This document shows positions 1 to 14,599 of a stretch of DNA of 64,000 bases, piece by piece. The position numbers were made by a program, and so were the translations under genes. The notes below the pieces were generated by a model that was not told the DNA's origin, did no database searches, and saw only the letters and a program-made list of their open reading frames with translations. The number at the start of each line of letters is the position of its first letter. The stretch's first letter is position 1. Source of the stretch: Octopus vulgaris (taxonomy: Eukaryota); NCBI GenBank assembly GCA_951406725.2, contig OX597816.1:31682001-31746000 (forward strand), given 5' to 3'.

Positions 1-229
1 CAGTGATCATGATATGAACATGATGTGAACGAGACTCAAATTGAAAATGAACTACAAGAAAGGAGCAATAACTGGTGTAGATGTAGACAAACAGAATGAT
101 CCTGAGGTGAAATAAGTGGCAGGTTTACCGTCATTACCTTTCTGGAAGATGATATCATGCTATCTGACTGAAGGATGTACTTCGGGAAATATCTCTAGTA
201 GTGCTACGAGTAAGAAGGAAAAACAAACC

Positions 230-1390
230 ATGGAAAACTAACTTCTTGGATCTATATAATTTAAGATGGGCCCTGAAAAAGAGCAGGCAAACATGTCAAC
301 GAGGCAAGTCAGAAATGCAATAATGTGAACAGAAAATGGTATTGAGGACAAGAGAAGCCTTCTTTTCGCAGATGATTTGAGCACACAAAGACCTTTCGAA
401 TCACAAATTCAAATATGACGGTAATATCTCAAACAATTCCAACAAGAAAAACAATAACATACTATTTGCAGGGACTCCTCTTCTCACGAATAAAGTCAAA
501 AATGCTCACGCTCAAAAATAGAAACTTCCAAGTAGTGGATAACATTCCATCAGTATTCATTACACATAGATGGCGAAAGCACTGACATCTACCTTTCATC
601 GGATATAGGAAATGAAGCAGTGGACAAATGATTGGAAACCAATCGTTCATGATTCTCATCCCAAAGAAAGAGAACTATCCGTCAGAATTATGGAATAGTC
701 ATCCTAATTATATACCTCCAACAAAGTATTGTTATGAGTTCCGCTAAACAGTCTTATGTGGAAGAAATTTCTGCAGAACAGATTGTATTTAGGTCCAAAA
801 GAAGTAATGTTGAGCAGTTATTTAACATTCGATTACTCACCGAGAAACAGCAGCAACATGAGTCTAACCGCAATTACATTGACTTCAAAAAGTCATTTGA
901 CCTTGTTCGGCATGATGGGTTTTACAACAACCCCATCGAAGTAATCCGAACTCTGTATGAGCATTCAAGTAGTACATCTCACTTGATAAAAAACATCAGG
1001 GAATTTTCAAGACAATAGTGGTTGTTCGAAAATGATGTACCCTCTCACACGTGCTTTTCAACAACTTCCTGCAGAACGTCATGTAGGAGACACTTGAAGA
1101 CCTCCCCGCCTCTGTTTTCATCGAAAGACTACCCACTTCCAGCCTGCGCTTTGCTGACAATATTGATCTCTTTTCAATCCGTGAAGTAGTTTTGACTAGA
1201 AAGTGTACCAGCAGTATTTTTCAGAGGAAAGTTAACGAAGGGCGAATGAGAGGCAGAAAGAGAAAGTCCTTGTTTGACAATATGAAGGACTGGAGAGGTC
1301 ACGACATAGTGAACCTTCTACGCATAACAGAGAGCAGAGATAAATGACGACAGAAGAACTGTGAAAGCATCTAGTTTGGCACCCTAATAA
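230..1390 (+). mobile_element. Decayed RTE-clade LINE (RT domain and C-terminus, internally deleted, with frameshifts and stops)
   Basis: Translations give VDNIPS (~535), EQIVFRSKRSNVEQLFNIRLLTEK...IDFKKSFDLVRH (ORF 734-1018), VVRK*CTLSHVLFNNFLQNVM (GVRQGC.LSP.LFN motif), LRFADNIDL (~1143-1170, FADD box) and GKVNEGRMRGRKRKSLFDNMKDW (RTE C-terminus). The 5' boundary is approximate. Confidence 0.85.
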
Positions 1391-2552
1391 CTGTCTGCAT
1401 TAGTTAAGTTGAGCTTTAAGGTGATCGATTGATACGTGCCAAACCACTATTCACGCCGAGTGACTGTGAGCTAACTTAGAATTAGCCTCTTCAAATTTTA
1501 CAATGTTAGAAATGAGTTTCAAAACAAAAAAAAGGCAATAGAAAAGACTAACAAGTACAAGCTAAAAAATCAAGTAAACTACTCTGGGGAATGTTTATCA
1601 GTCAAGTTGAATAAGAATATCTATAAATACAAATACTTTAATAGATCGATGTATATTATAAGTTGTCTAGAAATAATTTCAAGAAGCAGCAGAATAAACG
1701 TTAAGTTTACAAATATTACTGAGAGATAATATAATTCATTGTATTTACTAGGATATAAATCGCGCTAAGTTATGCTTGACTTTAACTGAAATATTTTGAA
1801 GTATGCCTTATTAAATTAACTGCTTCCGAATATACTAATGCTACATTTGTATTAGAAAACTAAAATAATTTCTATAGATCATGGTATCAGAAAGGTAGAA
1901 ACGTATGCATTTCAGCCATCTGAAATAGAGCATTTATATTTCTTTGTCGAAATGTCACATTCATGGAAAAAATTTGAGTATGACTATACCAGTGTTCATA
2001 TCCTTTTGTTGTTTAGAATGTTGTCCCACAGCTGGTATAGTTATTAATTTACAATACTAAGCTATGTATTTTATATTTGGGAAGGCCAGTAAATGACTTT
2101 AAATATGTATTAACATTTTTTACGCTACCAACATTCTATGCTTAAACTGGAAAATTTATTCATTCGATTTTCTAAATTCTGAACAGAATTTCCTAAGAGA
2201 CTAGTTGTGTATACAATGTGTCTGAGTTTCTGAATATTTAAAATTTGTTGTCCATAGTTAGCTTAGATATCATACTATAATATAAGCCGTCTTTTTAACG
2301 AAAGCTATGCACTTTTCCATTGGATATATTGAACTTCTTACTCGTAGAAGATTATTTATTTGTCTTTTTATTTATTTTTGCAGACAATTTCTTGTTGAAA
2401 TTAATAACAGATGTTATTGCTTTAATTTTATTTTCCTAAAAATCATTTAGAATGTTTGTTTTTTGACAGGCATCATTCATAATTTACACTGAGATATTTC
2501 ATATTTATCTTGCATGTATTAAGTATCTGGTTATGATATGGGAATATTCTAA

Positions 2553-2750
2553 GTCGACTGCTAAAATCCTTAGCATTCTGGTCAAAATGTTTAGAGGCAT
2601 TTCGTTCCCCGAAAAAGTTTGAGTTCAAATCCACTGCGGTCGATTTCGCGTTTCACCCTTTCGGGACTGAAAAAACAAAGCACCGGGTTTAATGTAATCG
2701 ACTTATTCCCACCCACAAACGTCTAGCCTTGTACCAGGACTTGAAACTGA
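2553..2750 (+). mobile_element. Diverged copy of tRNA-derived SINE family A
   Basis: Aligns by eye with 27152-27381: gagttcaaatcc (B box), gcggtcgatttcgcgtttcaccctttcggg, aatgtaatcgactta. Confidence 0.75.
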
Positions 2751-4419
2751 TATATGAATATTATAGGCGAGGAGGAATTGTTTTAAGAAGTAATGCAATT
2801 TCTGTATGAAGTCCACGCACACAGCTCTATACTCTTATACTCTTTGTAATATGTGTTTCGTCCTTTATTTTCGAAGCCGTCATCGACAACACCTATATCT
2901 TGCATATAATATCATGTGTGATTCTAAAGTGTGCGAAGTCAAATATAATTTAAACCAATACTTTTACACAGGAAACAAAATCTGAATTATCTACATTTGT
3001 AATCCATCTAACGAAGAAGAACTTACCTACTTCGTAATATTTAGCAGCGAAATATCTCACGCATCGTTCCTTACTTTGTTTCATGAGAAACCTTAACCAG
3101 TAATCTAGAAATATATTAAGGCTGTATGTCTACCCAATCGTAGTTTAGCTACGTCTAACTTATGCTATCGCTTATTCCCCTGGCAGATATCATATATATA
3201 GTTAATTTACAGGACAGAAATAGAAGCGATATCACCTGAGGTTATTTTAAGATGAAATAGGCATTGTATAAACTATAATGCTGAGCAGTCTATATACGAT
3301 AGAACGGACATGACTGAACTTGACTAAAAACGGTTGACTTAATTTGTCTGAAGTTAAACTCGGAATAATAAAAGACATTCATAAAATCATGAATCTTATA
3401 TAACGTTTTGACAAGACTCATGGCATATCAAAAGAAAAATGTCAATGTACCAAGCTGTCGTGCTATGTGAAGCATCATTAAGTGTGTAAGCGAAGTGAAT
3501 TCGAACCAAGTTATTGCATTGCATTATAAACTCTACATAACACATTCTTACATCTCTATTGTTTCATGTTTACATAGAGGAAAAATATACCGTTGAATGA
3601 TAGTTGGTTATTTTAACAATGTTATTGCTTTGCTAGACAACATTGAATTTGTATGAATTCATTCCTCATATAATTTGACGTGAGAATTCCGACTACGATA
3701 AATTTATTTACTTGCTTTTTATCAATTAAAATGAGACGCTTATGTGTGGATATAAACAAATAACTTCAAGTAGAATTTATCATATTTTAACGTTACTTTA
3801 GCGAATTTCAGTAATTTCAGGAAAAGTGTAAATCTATCATATATTTGTACAAATATATAAACTTTCAAGAATTATGAAATCCAAATATTTTTGAATGAAT
3901 ATTACTTTCTTTACTTCCATTTTCTTATAATGATTTTCACACTATAAAACAATGGAAATATCTATTTACAAGAGACTTTTCAAAATTTGCAATCATCTAC
4001 TTTCATAATAATTCATGATGAAATAGCTTACATAAATGTTTTGATAAGTACTTTAGTTATATGTAAATGGAAGAAATGTTGTCGTCTTAATTTGAGAAAT
4101 ATGATTGCTGTTTATAATGTTTTCTCAAGGAGTGGTGTCTAGAAACAGATTAAATTCTGATGAAATAACTTTTGAGTCTTAATATAATTCAACAGATAAT
4201 TTCTTAGATAAGTAATGTGTCGTTTGTGTAAGTTATACGGCCTTGTGTGGTTCGGTGAATATGTGGATGTTATCTCACGCGGGTCGAGTGATCATATACA
4301 GGGCATTTGTTTGGGTCTACGATGAAGAGGATTTCTAATTCATATTCTTACATACATCCGGGAAGACTTTTTTATCATACACTTCGTCTGCTCAAAGATA
4401 TATATATATAAACTGAATG

Positions 4420-4439
4420 AATCATCATCATCATCCTAG

Positions 4440-4479
<40 letters not shown>

Positions 4480-4490
4480 CGACATCATCA
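4420..4490. repeat. (ATC)n microsatellite
   Basis: Direct sequence; explains the poly-Met ORF 4375-4728. Confidence 0.95.
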
Positions 4491-6229
4491 ATAGTAGTAG
4501 TTTTCCATTTCCTTTCCTCAATAAAGTCTTCCGAACAGCTCGAAGAGGCAAGAGAAAAACACTGACAACGATGGTTGAGAGTAATGGAAATGGAACAATA
4601 TCAAGCTTAGTAACATGAAAATCATTGGAAAGGAGAGCGAAGCATGCCAAAGCAAGCAACAGTACCAACATGGCTACCAATAAAACCAGCAGAACGACTA
4701 CCATCACCACCACCGCCGCCGCCGCCACCGCTGCAACTACCAGCCAAACCGTGGATGTTCTGCGAATACGCCTTAGTACTTCTGTTCCCGTCAGCTCCCG
4801 TTCCTCTTCTTCAACTGCCTTCAGTTTTTTTTATTTTCTAGTTCTATCCAATCGCATTCAACATTGGACTCTTTCTAGTGGCTCCGATGAAATAAAGCCC
4901 TTCCGCTCCCATGACTATATGTGGTTATTTTACCTCTCTTTTGTATCTTAGCTAATTTCCTTGTAAATTCGCTTCGGGTCCGTTTCAATTTTGTTTTCCT
5001 GATACACAGCGTTACACTCGTTCTAGATTCAAAATAATAGAATGTGTCTTATAAATCCGGAAAGAACCTAAAATATTTTCCTTCTAAAAATAAAATAATT
5101 ATAATTAAGATGATACTTTGCAATGAAATCACAAGCCTCCGACTCAATACAGATGAATATATACACCCGTCATGCGAATCTCTTTCGAAACTTGAACGAC
5201 AATTCCCAAAGTATACCGTGCGCTCTTTAGTCGTAAACAAAATATATACAAGAGAAAATGCGTAAGGACTATGACCAAGAAGCAGTGAAAAATACATGTG
5301 CCATTATCAGGACTGAGCTGAAACTAATCATCACCAACAAAAATAACGAATAAAAAACACAAACAAAATATGGTGACAACATATGCCATGTTTGCTCTCA
5401 TAAAATTAATACATTTTAATACGATTATGATGACGCACATACCGGAATATTTGCAACGCCTACAGATTTGAAATTACAACGTATTGAGATGTGATATCAA
5501 TAAAATATTTGTTTACATAGTGTGACGCCATAAATATTCCTTTTTTGAACACAGTTACCTTGAATAATATTTCAAATGATGGTGTTCCATTTGAAACCTG
5601 CACGTCATGAACAATATTATTTTATCACAAATAAGTCCAAAAGGAAGGACTTATTAATCGTTCACTCTGCAGGTTTGCTACTCATGAAGTATTCCTTGCA
5701 AAATAACACACATTTAACGAGGGAGCATTTAATTTACATTTAGTTAATATTTTCTTATCCCTCGATGAATTTATTCTCGTATAAAATGGTTTTTAAGGGA
5801 AAAAACTATAAAACAATTAGATGTGGTTTTAATAAAGGAAGCACATTTACATTGCATATTCTTGCAAAAAATATTATAGGCAATCAATTTTTGTTGGGGT
5901 GAAAAGTAACGTTTGGGAACATGTAGGTATGCATTTCTTTAAGATAGAAATATGACCATGATACTGCGTTATATAAAAATGAAATGCAATGAAACCATTG
6001 TAACAATGTTGTTTTAGAAATCCCCTACATGAATAGAAACAATAGATAAGGTGGATATAAATACATGCATCGTAATGTTACCCGTGTATATTTGACTGTT
6101 GTATGCTTTAATAAATCTACCTGCGTGTATATATCTATGTGTGTGTGTGCCTGTGTGTTTTTGCGTGTATGTGCGCATCCGTATATATATATGGTGTAAT
6201 CCCATAAATAATAAGCGTAAGCTACTGTA

Positions 6230-7105
6230 AACAGTGGTTCTAGAAATTCCGATCCTCGTCCTTGTACGTCACGCAAACCCTGCTGCAACAAAATTTTCTG
6301 TCGTAACTGTTGAGAAAGAAGTATGGAGACTTGAGGAACTAGTAGGGAAACTTTGTCAGCCAACCATTCATCGACGCCGGCGTGTCATCGGAAAAGTTAT
6401 CAAATTGGTTCAGAAGGTTCCTCACAAATCTTCTGAGTCTAATCGCGCGCAGAGAGTGAATATATCCTTGTCTTTGCTGCCCCGTCGGATGAATGAACTT
6501 TTTTTTTTGGACCGAATACTAACTGGTGACGAGAAATGGGATCTGTATAAAAATACCAAGCGCTGAAGGCAGCGGGTAGGGGAAAGAGAAACACCGGCAG
6601 CCCAGGCTAAAGAAGGTCTTTACTCAATTTGTTATCAGTTTCGTCGGATGTTATACGTTTAATTCACTTTGAACACTTAAACCCAAACCAAACGATAACA
6701 AAGGAGATCTACTGCGAGCATCTTGAGTGGCTTAATTCAGCAGTAGAAATAAAACGACGATCATTGGCTTCAAGGCAAAAGAGTTTCTTCCATCAACATA
6801 ATGCTTGAAGTAGTTTCAATAGAAAACAATGTCCCACGCACCATTTTAACCGCACATTGCCCCACCTGATTATCATATATTCCGCAGTCGGAAAAAATAT
6901 GAATCATGTATACGATTGAAGGAGTATTTTTCGTTGCAGACAAGAGAATTTTGGAAGAGGGGACTTGCAAGTCTATCACATAGACTAAAGTACTTTGCAG
7001 AGAATGAAATAAAGTATATTTTAGATTAAAAAAGAACTTTCTTTATCTTAGATATTAAAAGTAAAAGAAGGATAAAAAGCGAATTATTTAAGGGAAGGCC
7101 GAATA
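6230..7105 (+). mobile_element. Mariner (DD34D-type) transposase remnant
   Basis: ORF 6234-6566 gives TIHRRRRVIGKVIKLVQKVPHK (WVPHEL-like)...FFLDRILTGDEKWDLYKNTKR. Downstream pieces give HFEHLNPNQTITKEIYCEHL and FFHQHNA. A degenerate TIR-like end gcgaattatttaagggaaggccgaata lies at ~7078-7104. Confidence 0.9.
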
Positions 7106-7894
7106 TACATACGTATACATATTTTGATAGAGAGACACTTACATACCAACACACACTCACACTTAATTCCACACTCATATGTATGAAATATATGCGAATT
7201 GAAAATGAAGATTTGTGTCCCTGGACACAAATATACTTTAACAATTTCGAATTCAGTTATATCAGGTAACTTAGAGATTCGATGGTTATCTCCAGGTCAG
7301 ACCCACGTTTAGACGTCTAAACTAATTAAACACCTTTCGAAGTTTTATATGTATAAAAAAAATAATGATTCGAAAATATAACATATAAACGTTGATTGTT
7401 TAGATCTGCATAGATTATAATGTTAACGAACTGATGAGAACCAGCTAATGACTTCCACTAACTCGTGCTTAACTCCGGAGTGTGATACCTGTATAAACAA
7501 AACGACAGGCATTTAGCAAGATAACAAAAATGACAAAACGATATGAGCTCAGAAAACACATCCATCTATTAATCAGAAAATGTGAAGGGAGGAGCAGTGT
7601 TAAATGTGTCAACCTCGTGAGCAGTATCCTGGCAGATACTCTTCCCAGCAATAATAGGGAGTTTATGATTGCTCAACCACATTAAATACCGTAGTTAACT
7701 ATTCCATTATTATTCTATACTGGCGGGTGAATAACAAGGATTAATATCAATCTCCCTATACATCCGCATTCGATACACACATAAATAATAGTTAAGTCAT
7801 CAAACACACAAACACACACACAAACACACACAAATGCTCACACACATACACTCGATCTAGCGAGCGCACACATACTCATATATTTAGAATACAT

Positions 7895-8260
7895 TCTTTT
7901 CTACCCTACGCACAAGGCCCAAACATTTTGGGAAGGGGACCAGTCGATTAGATCGAACACAGTACGCAACTGGTATTAAATTTATCAACCTCGAAAGGAT
8001 GAAAGGCAAGGTCGACCTCGGTGGAATTTGAACTCAGAACATAAAGACAGAGGAAATACCTATTTCTTTATTACCCACAAGGGGCTAAACATAGAGGGGA
8101 CAAACAAGGACAGACATAAGTATTAAGTCGATTACATCGACCCCAGTGCGGAACTGGTACTTAATTTATCGACCCCGAAAGGATGAAATGCAAAGTCAAC
8201 CCCGGCGGAATTTGAACTCACAACGTAACGACAGAAGAAATACCGCTAAGCATTTCGCCG
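7895..8260 (-). mobile_element. Dimeric or nested SINE family A: two units with different 3' tails
   Basis: Two copies of cgaaaggatgaaa..caa.gtc.acc.cgg.ggaatttgaactca (~7990-8040 and ~8175-8222) joined at gaaatacc|tatttctttattacccacaagggg. Confidence 0.9.
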
Positions 8261-9359
8261 TTGAAGCAATGTAGCTATGTATTAATGTTGCTGAAGCCCA
8301 GCCTAATATGTGAATCAATGTTATTTACGTTACTTAAATTTCTCATGGCTCAGACGCACATGTTTAGTAGTAGTATAATATGCACATTACACTAAGCATC
8401 CTAGCTGAACTTCCTATGAAGAGAAAGAATTGTCTTCACTAAATAATATCAATATCATGTTCTCAGTCTTACAAGTTAATTTATAACAAAAATATTCGAT
8501 TACATAATTTTAATTTAGATTAAGAGCAACTTACACAAACAATAAACAATCCCTTGCCCATTAACTCACTCAGATTTTTAAATTACTTATTTGCTCCTCC
8601 TATTGATTTGTGACTTGTTGAAATCTTTAATAATTAATGATTGTTGATAAAATTGCTGTAAAGCAGAAACACTTCAATTAAGATTTATGCACAAAAAAAT
8701 AATAACATGAAAATATATAAATATATTATCAATATATATAATAGAAAAGTATATAATTATTCTATTGCTATATCTATTGTCTATTGCAGATTTGTAACAT
8801 ACTCATAAAATTTTCTAAAAATTAATTTTTCGAAAAAATAAAATAAAATTACAAATTTCCTCATTAAGTTTTGTTGCTGAATTTGTTGTTAATATTATTG
8901 TTATTATTGTTGTTCTTCGTTTTCTAGTTTCTTGTTCTTTCTCGCTGTTCTTGTTTTGCGAACTAAATTACAAGGGCTGAAGGTATATATTTCCCGCTTT
9001 GCCCAAGACATCATCAACTGTTACAAATTCATTTGAAATGGAAAAGGAGGATAGAGAAGGAAGTGCTGCTTTTCAACATTTTTGTTAAAATGTGAGTGAA
9101 TACTGCGAGAATGTTTCGAGTGAAGTGACGATTTAACCATGCGCCTATAGGCGATAAACATAGGATACCTGCCCAATATGTAAGATTCTCTGTCGTCGCG
9201 TGCAGCTTCAAAAAATTTAAGCCCTTCAAAATCTCCTTCATTTAGAATATTTATCGTTGTTAAAATATATTTTGTTATCGTTTTCACTTTTTAAACACTT
9301 CATGTTATGCAAATTCACGTTGTATGACTTTTATCGTTTTCAATACTTTTCTGAAAGCA

Positions 9360-9555
9360 TATTATTATTATTACTATTGAGGATAGAGCATTGCATCCCA
9401 TCAGAGCAAGAATGAGGGAAATCTACGGGGCCCAATATGACCACCAGGACTACCCGTCTGATAAGGGTACACCAGGCACATGCATTGCAACTATATGTGC
9501 GCGACATGATGATTTCAAAGGAAGATAAACAGAGCAGGATATCCCAGCTGGCAAC
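9360..9555 (-). mobile_element. Unclassified (TAA)n-tailed repeat 'X', 3' part
   Basis: Reverse complement matches ~36330-36540 (gactacccgtctgataagggta...gacatg.tgat.tc...aagataaacag) and ends in (ATT)n at 9360-9378. Confidence 0.8.
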
Positions 9556-9559
9556 CTAT

Positions 9560-10074
9560 TATAATTTTCTTCGTTCTGAATTGTTACCACCTAATGCAAC
9601 AATCAATGCTCCAGTCTACTGTCAGCAATGAGAGTGTTTGAACCAACCTTTGAAGAGGAAAAAGACACTCTTTAATGAATCGAAAAGGAGTGATGTCTCA
9701 TCAGGACAACGCGCGATCTCACGCTGCAAAAGTCATATAAGAGAAGACCGAAGAGATTGGTTGGGAAAAAAATCCGATTCCACCTTATTCTCCGAACTTT
9801 TTCCTTCAGACTACTATTTTTTCGTAGTTTACAGAAACATTTAAGGGACATAGTTTTCGCAAGCCAGGAGGAGGTCAAAAATGACATTTTGAGTTCTTCG
9901 TTTTGAAACCAAAAGAGATTTAGATTCATGGGATTAAAAAGCTAGTAAATAGATGGAAGGAAGTTATTGATAATAAGGGAGAGTAGATTGATGATTAAAT
10001 TTCAAGTAAATATAACACTCAATCTATTGGTTTCTTTATTCAAATACGGACAGAACTTATGGGATGACCTGATA
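9560..10074 (+). mobile_element. Mariner transposon 3' half with right TIR and TA target site
   Basis: ELLPPNATINAPVYCQQ, HQDNARSHAAK, YSPDLAPSDY-like ttattctccgaactttttccttcagactactat, RSLQKHL, and GIKKLVNRWKEVIDNKGE. TIR cggacagaacttatgggatgacctga (10047-10072) is followed by TA. Confidence 0.9.
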
Positions 10075-10146
10075 CTTTCGTATATATTCCTTCGTAGTAG
10101 TATGTTGTATGTATACCATCTCCTTCATTTATCAACAGGTATATAC

Positions 10147-10184
<38 letters not shown>

Positions 10185-10349
10185 CGTGGGTCAAGCTCCT
10201 TGACGGTAGTGTCGGTATGTTATTTAATAGAAGCTGTTTGATTGAGCTTGGGTTTTAATTAATTTTTTGAAGCACACTTATCAAAGCTGAAGTCCATCCC
10301 GTTGTTAACAGCTCTACTACCTCTTCGTCATTTCTAACAAACAAATTCA

Positions 10350-10716
<367 letters not shown>

Positions 10717-10717
10717 G

Positions 10718-11125
10718 GCTTAGGAGTGGCTGTGTGGTAAGTAGCTTACCACATATTTCCGTTTTCAGTCCGACTCCGTGGCACCTTTGTCAAGTATCTT
10801 CTACTTTAGATTCGGGCCGACCAATATTTTGTGAGTGGATTTGGTAGACGGAAACTGAAAGAAGCCCGTCGTATATATGTATATATATATATATACATAT
10901 ATATATATGAATGTGTGTATATGTTTTTGCGTCTGTATTTGTCCCTCCAACATCGCTTGACAACCGATGTTGGTGTGTAACTTAGCGGTTCGGAAAAAGA
11001 CGCCGACAGTATAAGTGCTTGGCTTACAAAGAATAAGTCCTGGGGTCGATTTGCTCGACTAAAAGGCGGTGCTCCAGCATTAGCCGAAGTCAAATGACTG
11101 CAACAAGTAAGAGCGTAAAAGAGTA
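10718..11125 (+). mobile_element. tRNA-derived SINE family B (CORE-like segment, internal (TA)n, AAGAGT-type tail)
   Basis: A-box-like tggctgtgtggt, gtggcacctttgtcaagtatcttct (CORE-like), ggtagacggaaactgaaagaagcc, ggggtcgatttgctcgactaaaggcggtgctccagca. Colinear with 52419-52812 and 59338-59745. Confidence 0.9.
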
Positions 11126-11129
11126 AATA

Positions 11130-11400
11130 ATAATAAGTCCAGGGCCTTCGTTCGCGATATGGGGAATGGTTTCGTCCAAAGTTTTATAGATGCAGCCCAG
11201 AGGAGACACTTCCTCCTTCCTAAGGTTAACTTTCCAATTCCTATTCAAAGCTCGGTTTTTTACTGCCGCTATAGCGGTATTTGTCGCATTTTTCATCCTT
11301 GATATCTATAGCCAATTCCACCTGTTTTGCAAATTCACTTGTGACTTCATGGGATTTATTCTGTAGTTTATTGCTGTGTAATGCTTCTTCGTGTTGCTGT
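11130..11400 (-). mobile_element. R4/Dong-clade LINE fragment (region around the CCHC motif)
   Basis: IAAVKNRALNRNWKVNLRKEEVSPLGCIYKTLDETIPHIANEGPGL matches the pattern IAAQDQAL..N......CR.C...ETI.HI.S.CP.L. Confidence 0.75.
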
Positions 11401-14400
11401 TATTATTATTTCTATATTAGGAGATCAGCTGACAAAGATGTTAGAATATTGGACCAAATGCTTTGCGACATTTCTTCCAAATCACTTTGTTTTGAGTTTA
11501 AACCATGTCGCTCCATGATCATTTTTACAATAAGCAACATGAGGCATCATCAGAATACGAAAGAGAAATGACGGTCCGGTGCCTAAGCCTTGTGAGCCGA
11601 TGTGGTAGACGGAAACTGAAAAGAAGAGACATTCGCATGTACGTATAAAATTATTTGATTTAAAATTATCTATAGGTAAGATAAATCGTTTTGTCAGTTT
11701 CTAGAATAAACCTTAGGAATCAGCCATTGATTCTTATATATTCTATAAAGTGACAGGTCGATTTAGCTTGCCCATAGGCAAAGGAGTAGCGTCAACTATG
11801 AGGATCAATTCTATGAGGAATCAGCTAGCCGATCTGATGCCCTCGCTTCCTACATAGTGGGCAATCTCCTTTTTCGTTGAATAGAAAGTATTCTGTTGAA
11901 CAGAAAATATTCTATTCTATACTTTGGCGATGAGGCATTCTGTACCTTATTTACGAAGGACGGTTATATATTTTATTCCAGTATATGTACTTATATTTTT
12001 ATAAAGTCTGGAGGGGAAGCACTCATGATTATCATCTCAAAATAAGTATAGTGATTACTAGCTCTGCTTGTTAATTTGAGCCATATTTGTTAATTCTACA
12101 GCTTAGTTATAATTTGGCTTAAGTTCGTTTGAGATTAGGCATATTATTCAATGAAATACTTATTCTAGCCAATCGCGGGATTTCTTAAGAGAATTCATTA
12201 TACCGGGAAATATCATGATTACTTTGCAAAAACAGTGTGATTAGAATACTTAAGTGTTATACAATGCTTCATACTCTTGCGAAAAATATTGCTTGTAGTA
12301 TTGTTCGACCTAGTTTTGAGTCAATCATGATCATAAGAGCGATATTCCAGGTGGAATGCATTGCTTTATATCAGGTGTGAATGGTTTAAGATGTTTTTCG
12401 TTGGCAACGAAAGAACTAAGTTAATGTATACCTATCTTCTTTCACTCCTGTCAGCTTATTTGCTGCGTACAACGTTCAAGAGGTATCATAGTTCGGAGTG
12501 TCTTGAAATTGAATGGGCATATTCGAATGAGTAATACCAGAAATTCAAAGCAGCTATTTTATCTCTTGCTGGTTTTCAGAGTTACAGCAGTATGTATGAT
12601 GATATGAATCAGGTGCATTATCTCTAATAATTTGGTTTGAGACGGAACACGGAAAGTGGAAGATTGGCACGAACCCATGCAACGAAAGAGACTACAAAAT
12701 AATGGCTAGATGTCATCTACGAGGTTGAATTGACAACAAATAAGATGCATGCATGTATAGATACCCACCGTGAAGATAGTATTGGTAACATGGGGAATAG
12801 ATTAAATTTTTTACTGAAGGCGACCATGGCTTATTTGTACCAGCGTTAATTGTAACTGTTTTGCTTGCTTGTTTGCGTGTATTTTTCATCATTGTATATT
12901 ACCGTTACTTAGTGCCTTATGATTATATTTCTTTCCTTTGGTCTTCTTAGGTTAGAACTTCTTAACATAATTTTACTATGGTCTCACTTATTAAGATAAA
13001 ATCAAGTACCAAATTATATTTGGCACTTGAATTTTTTAAAGCACGTTATTTTTTCTTGATAATATTCGTTATAATACAAATTACCTTTAGCGCAGTAAAT
13101 TTCGAGCTACCTAAAATAGAATCAGAGTACAAAATTCAGTTGGAAGTTTCATGTACTGCGAGCTTGTTAATCATGAGGCAGTTCATTATATTCAAATGAA
13201 AATATTTTTTTACGAAAATATAAGTAAATTGTTTTGGAAAATGCGTAATTAACAAAGTCGTTTAATATCATACCAATTAAAAAAATAGTAAGCAGAAACG
13301 GATTTATACATTCGATCAAAGGATGAATTTCTTAAAAAAATTGATTGCTTAAAATTTGCACGGATTATTTACTATTGTGAAAATTAGAGAACATTTTCTA
13401 AAAATGTGTTCTGTACTATAACACTCAAAAATATTGAACGTTATATTCTACAAATGATAAGAATATATCAGTGTTTCTTTTTCTTTTAATTCAATTAAAT
13501 TTACTGAAAACAGAGTTATAATATTTTGAGTTCTTCAGATTGACTATACCATATTAGAGTTAACTTTTGTGAGAATAGAAGCCTTTAATCCAAGTCATTT
13601 ACTCTGGAGATAGTTATTACTTTAATCATAAGATTCGCAACTATAACGAGATGTGACATTTCATACAAAACGCACATCAGTTCAATTGAAAATTGGCAGT
13701 AAAACTAACAATAGATACTTATAATTCAATTACACCAACCAACTCTTATACGTAAAGAGAAGGATTTAGCTTTGCATCCTCGAAGAAAAGACATTATACG
13801 CATCAGTATATAATACATTTACGTACAATTCTATTTATAAAGAAGTTTTACTCCAAGCTATAATTTCAAAATCGAATAGGCAATTATATAGAAAATCGGT
13901 AAGCTATAGATATGGGAAATGTAGAAATATATTCAATGGCTTTGTTCATCAAAAGCGTGAGTATTTTATACCGTCTACATGATTGAAATTACATTTTAAA
14001 ATCATAAACATAAGGGCTTTGGCACTGATAGAAAACAATGCGAGCATTGTCGGTAACTTTAGATTGGAAATAGGATTATGCATGATATCTAAGTCCAGTA
14101 TATATTTCTTAACTTCACAAAATGATCTAAACTGAATGGTCTTCCTGTTAAAGTTATAATTTCTTAGTATGTAATAATGAAACGTAATTTATGGTAGAAG
14201 ACATTGTAATAATACAACCTTACGAAAGTATTCAATTAGTATTTAAGTGAATTATAAATATATTGAGACCAAATCTGCGTATAATTTCTTGCAGTGGGTT
14301 AAAAGAGGAAGTTAATATACACACATGATTACATGCCAATTGTAGCTTAAATATATGCATATGCAGAAACACACGCACACACTCATACACACACAATACT

Positions 14401-14599
14401 CTGAGAAGGGTCAATCTAACTGAAGTAGTAAAACAACGTAGGCAGCTTCATATCTTTTTTTGTAATTTTCTCTTCCTTCATAATGACAAAAACTCTATTC
14501 CCAAAGACTTTTGTTTACAGTAGGGTACAATTTACCTCTTACGCCACAAATACAATAGTATATTTAAAACAATAATATTAACATTTTACATTCTACAAT

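Noticed and set aside
3027-3104. Minus-strand 78-nt candidate exon (ttctag...gtaagt; YWLRFLMKQSKERCVRYFAAKYYEV)
   Set aside because: Splice signals are plausible, but no homology was recognised and the stretch may be a decayed repeat. Insufficient support.
4625-4951. Thr/Ala/Pro-rich ORFs
   Set aside because: Derived from ACC/GCC triplet low-complexity sequence, with no domain or splice support.
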